DNA of 64,000 nucleotides, from NCBI GenBank assembly GCA_022813965.1, contig JALDZS010000006.1:124001-188000 (forward strand). The letters are read 5' to 3'. Shown piece after piece: positions 63,178 through 64,000 of this stretch; position 1 is the stretch's first letter; every line of letters begins with the position of its first letter. Position numbers and translations under genes: made by a program. The notes under the pieces are model-generated. The model saw only the letters and a list, made by a program, of their open reading frames with translations. It had not been told where the DNA came from and did not search any database. This DNA comes from Toensbergia leucococca (Eukaryota).

Positions 63178-63498
63178 GGGGTTTGATTGGGAGGGATAGG
63201 GTGTAGACAGGGGAGATATCATCGGAAAGTGCATTTTGCAGAGGTGGGGGGTTTGGAGTGGTGCATTTGGTTTGCGGTGGGTGGCATTGCTGCTGGCGTT
63301 TGTTACATTTTGAGGGGGGGAAGGGGGAGGGGGTGTTGATAGAGAGTTATGCGGTCAATGAATTACTGGATTTATTTTCATGGGGGTTGGGATCAATGGT
63401 GAGAGGATTGTGTGTTTTTGGAAATTCGTGTCCTGCATTCTCTGTCTTGTAGGTGGTGTCTATGTATGATAACACGAGAATCCGCTCCTCTGGTGCTT

Positions 63499-64000
63499 CT
63501 ACTCCATTGGCTTTCGGCCGTAAACGACATGCCTACAAAATCGTGGTCAATCAGCTCCGCTTCCCCCACCCCACCTCCATTACTTCGGGTAGAATAGAAG
63601 TAAAGTAAACTAAAAGAAGCGTGGAATTTGAATTCTTTAAAAGACTCACAGGTGAATCATGCTATGAATAGCTGGATCCTGGAGCTCAGCTCGGATCTTG
63701 GAGCAGACGACCTCGACTTCTTTGACGCTGTAGCCCAGTTTGCGCGTGAAGAGTGCGTAGGTGAATGCTTCGAGGCCGGAGCTGATTTGCAGCTTGTTCC
63801 AGGCGCCGACTTTTTTCTTTGGTTGTTGAAGGTGGCAAAGGTTTAGTTCATTGAAATGCATGGAGAGGGAATTAGGGAAGGGAGTGGAAATTCAAGGGAA
63901 ATAGATGCTTAGCTTTTCAATGTACTTACCAAGTGTTTGTCAGCTGGCCAGGTCCCGATGGGTAAAACGATCTTCTCGTGGTGAAGATCGATGAATCCGG
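63499..64000 (-). CDS. SAM-dependent methyltransferase (Methyltransf_23/LaeA-like), 3' part only
   Basis: GFIDLHHEKIVLPIGTWPADKHL|KKVGAWN..GLEAFT..LFTRKLGYS..EV...|HVVYGRKP; runs off the window end. Confidence 0.88.

Noticed and set aside
1..64000. tRNA, rRNA, CRISPR, riboswitch or intact transposon/Starship captain
   Set aside because: No cloverleaf, spaced repeat array, transposase, reverse transcriptase or tyrosine-recombinase motifs recognised by eye; tRNAscan-SE/Infernal would be needed to exclude small RNAs.

Overview
64 kb of gene-dense, intron-containing nuclear DNA from a filamentous ascomycete (Pezizomycotina-type short GT-AG introns with CTRAC/GCTAAC branch sites). I can support about 25 protein-coding loci. 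Most are conserved housekeeping genes: methionine/LAT permease, AsaB/CmcJ-like dioxygenase, SUT1-type sugar transporter, NHX1, INO80, a CYP59/StcS-like P450, PDX1/SNZ1, FUN14, importin-13-like, aminopeptidase P, ORC2, Est1/SMG7-like, adenosine kinase, LTV1, LSG1, acyl-CoA dehydrogenase, Spo12 and a partial methyltransferase. Accessory material sits between them: (i) a ~7.6 kb island between divergent LTV1 and LSG1 holding three decayed relics (subgroup-C-type GH18 chitinase, SDR, NR-PKS reductase domain); (ii) small orphan genes with C-G-[H/C]...CxxC plus charged-helix architecture at 6.4 kb and 45.8 kb, the second made by a tandem whole-gene duplication; (iii) three GC-AG introns; (iv) repeated C/A-rich to G/T-rich strand-skew switches. 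I recognised no tRNA, rRNA, CRISPR or intact transposon. I found no well-supported novel multi-gene system; the best leads are the orphan Cys-motif proteins and the relic island. All family calls come from motif recognition, not database searches, and exon boundaries were traced by eye.
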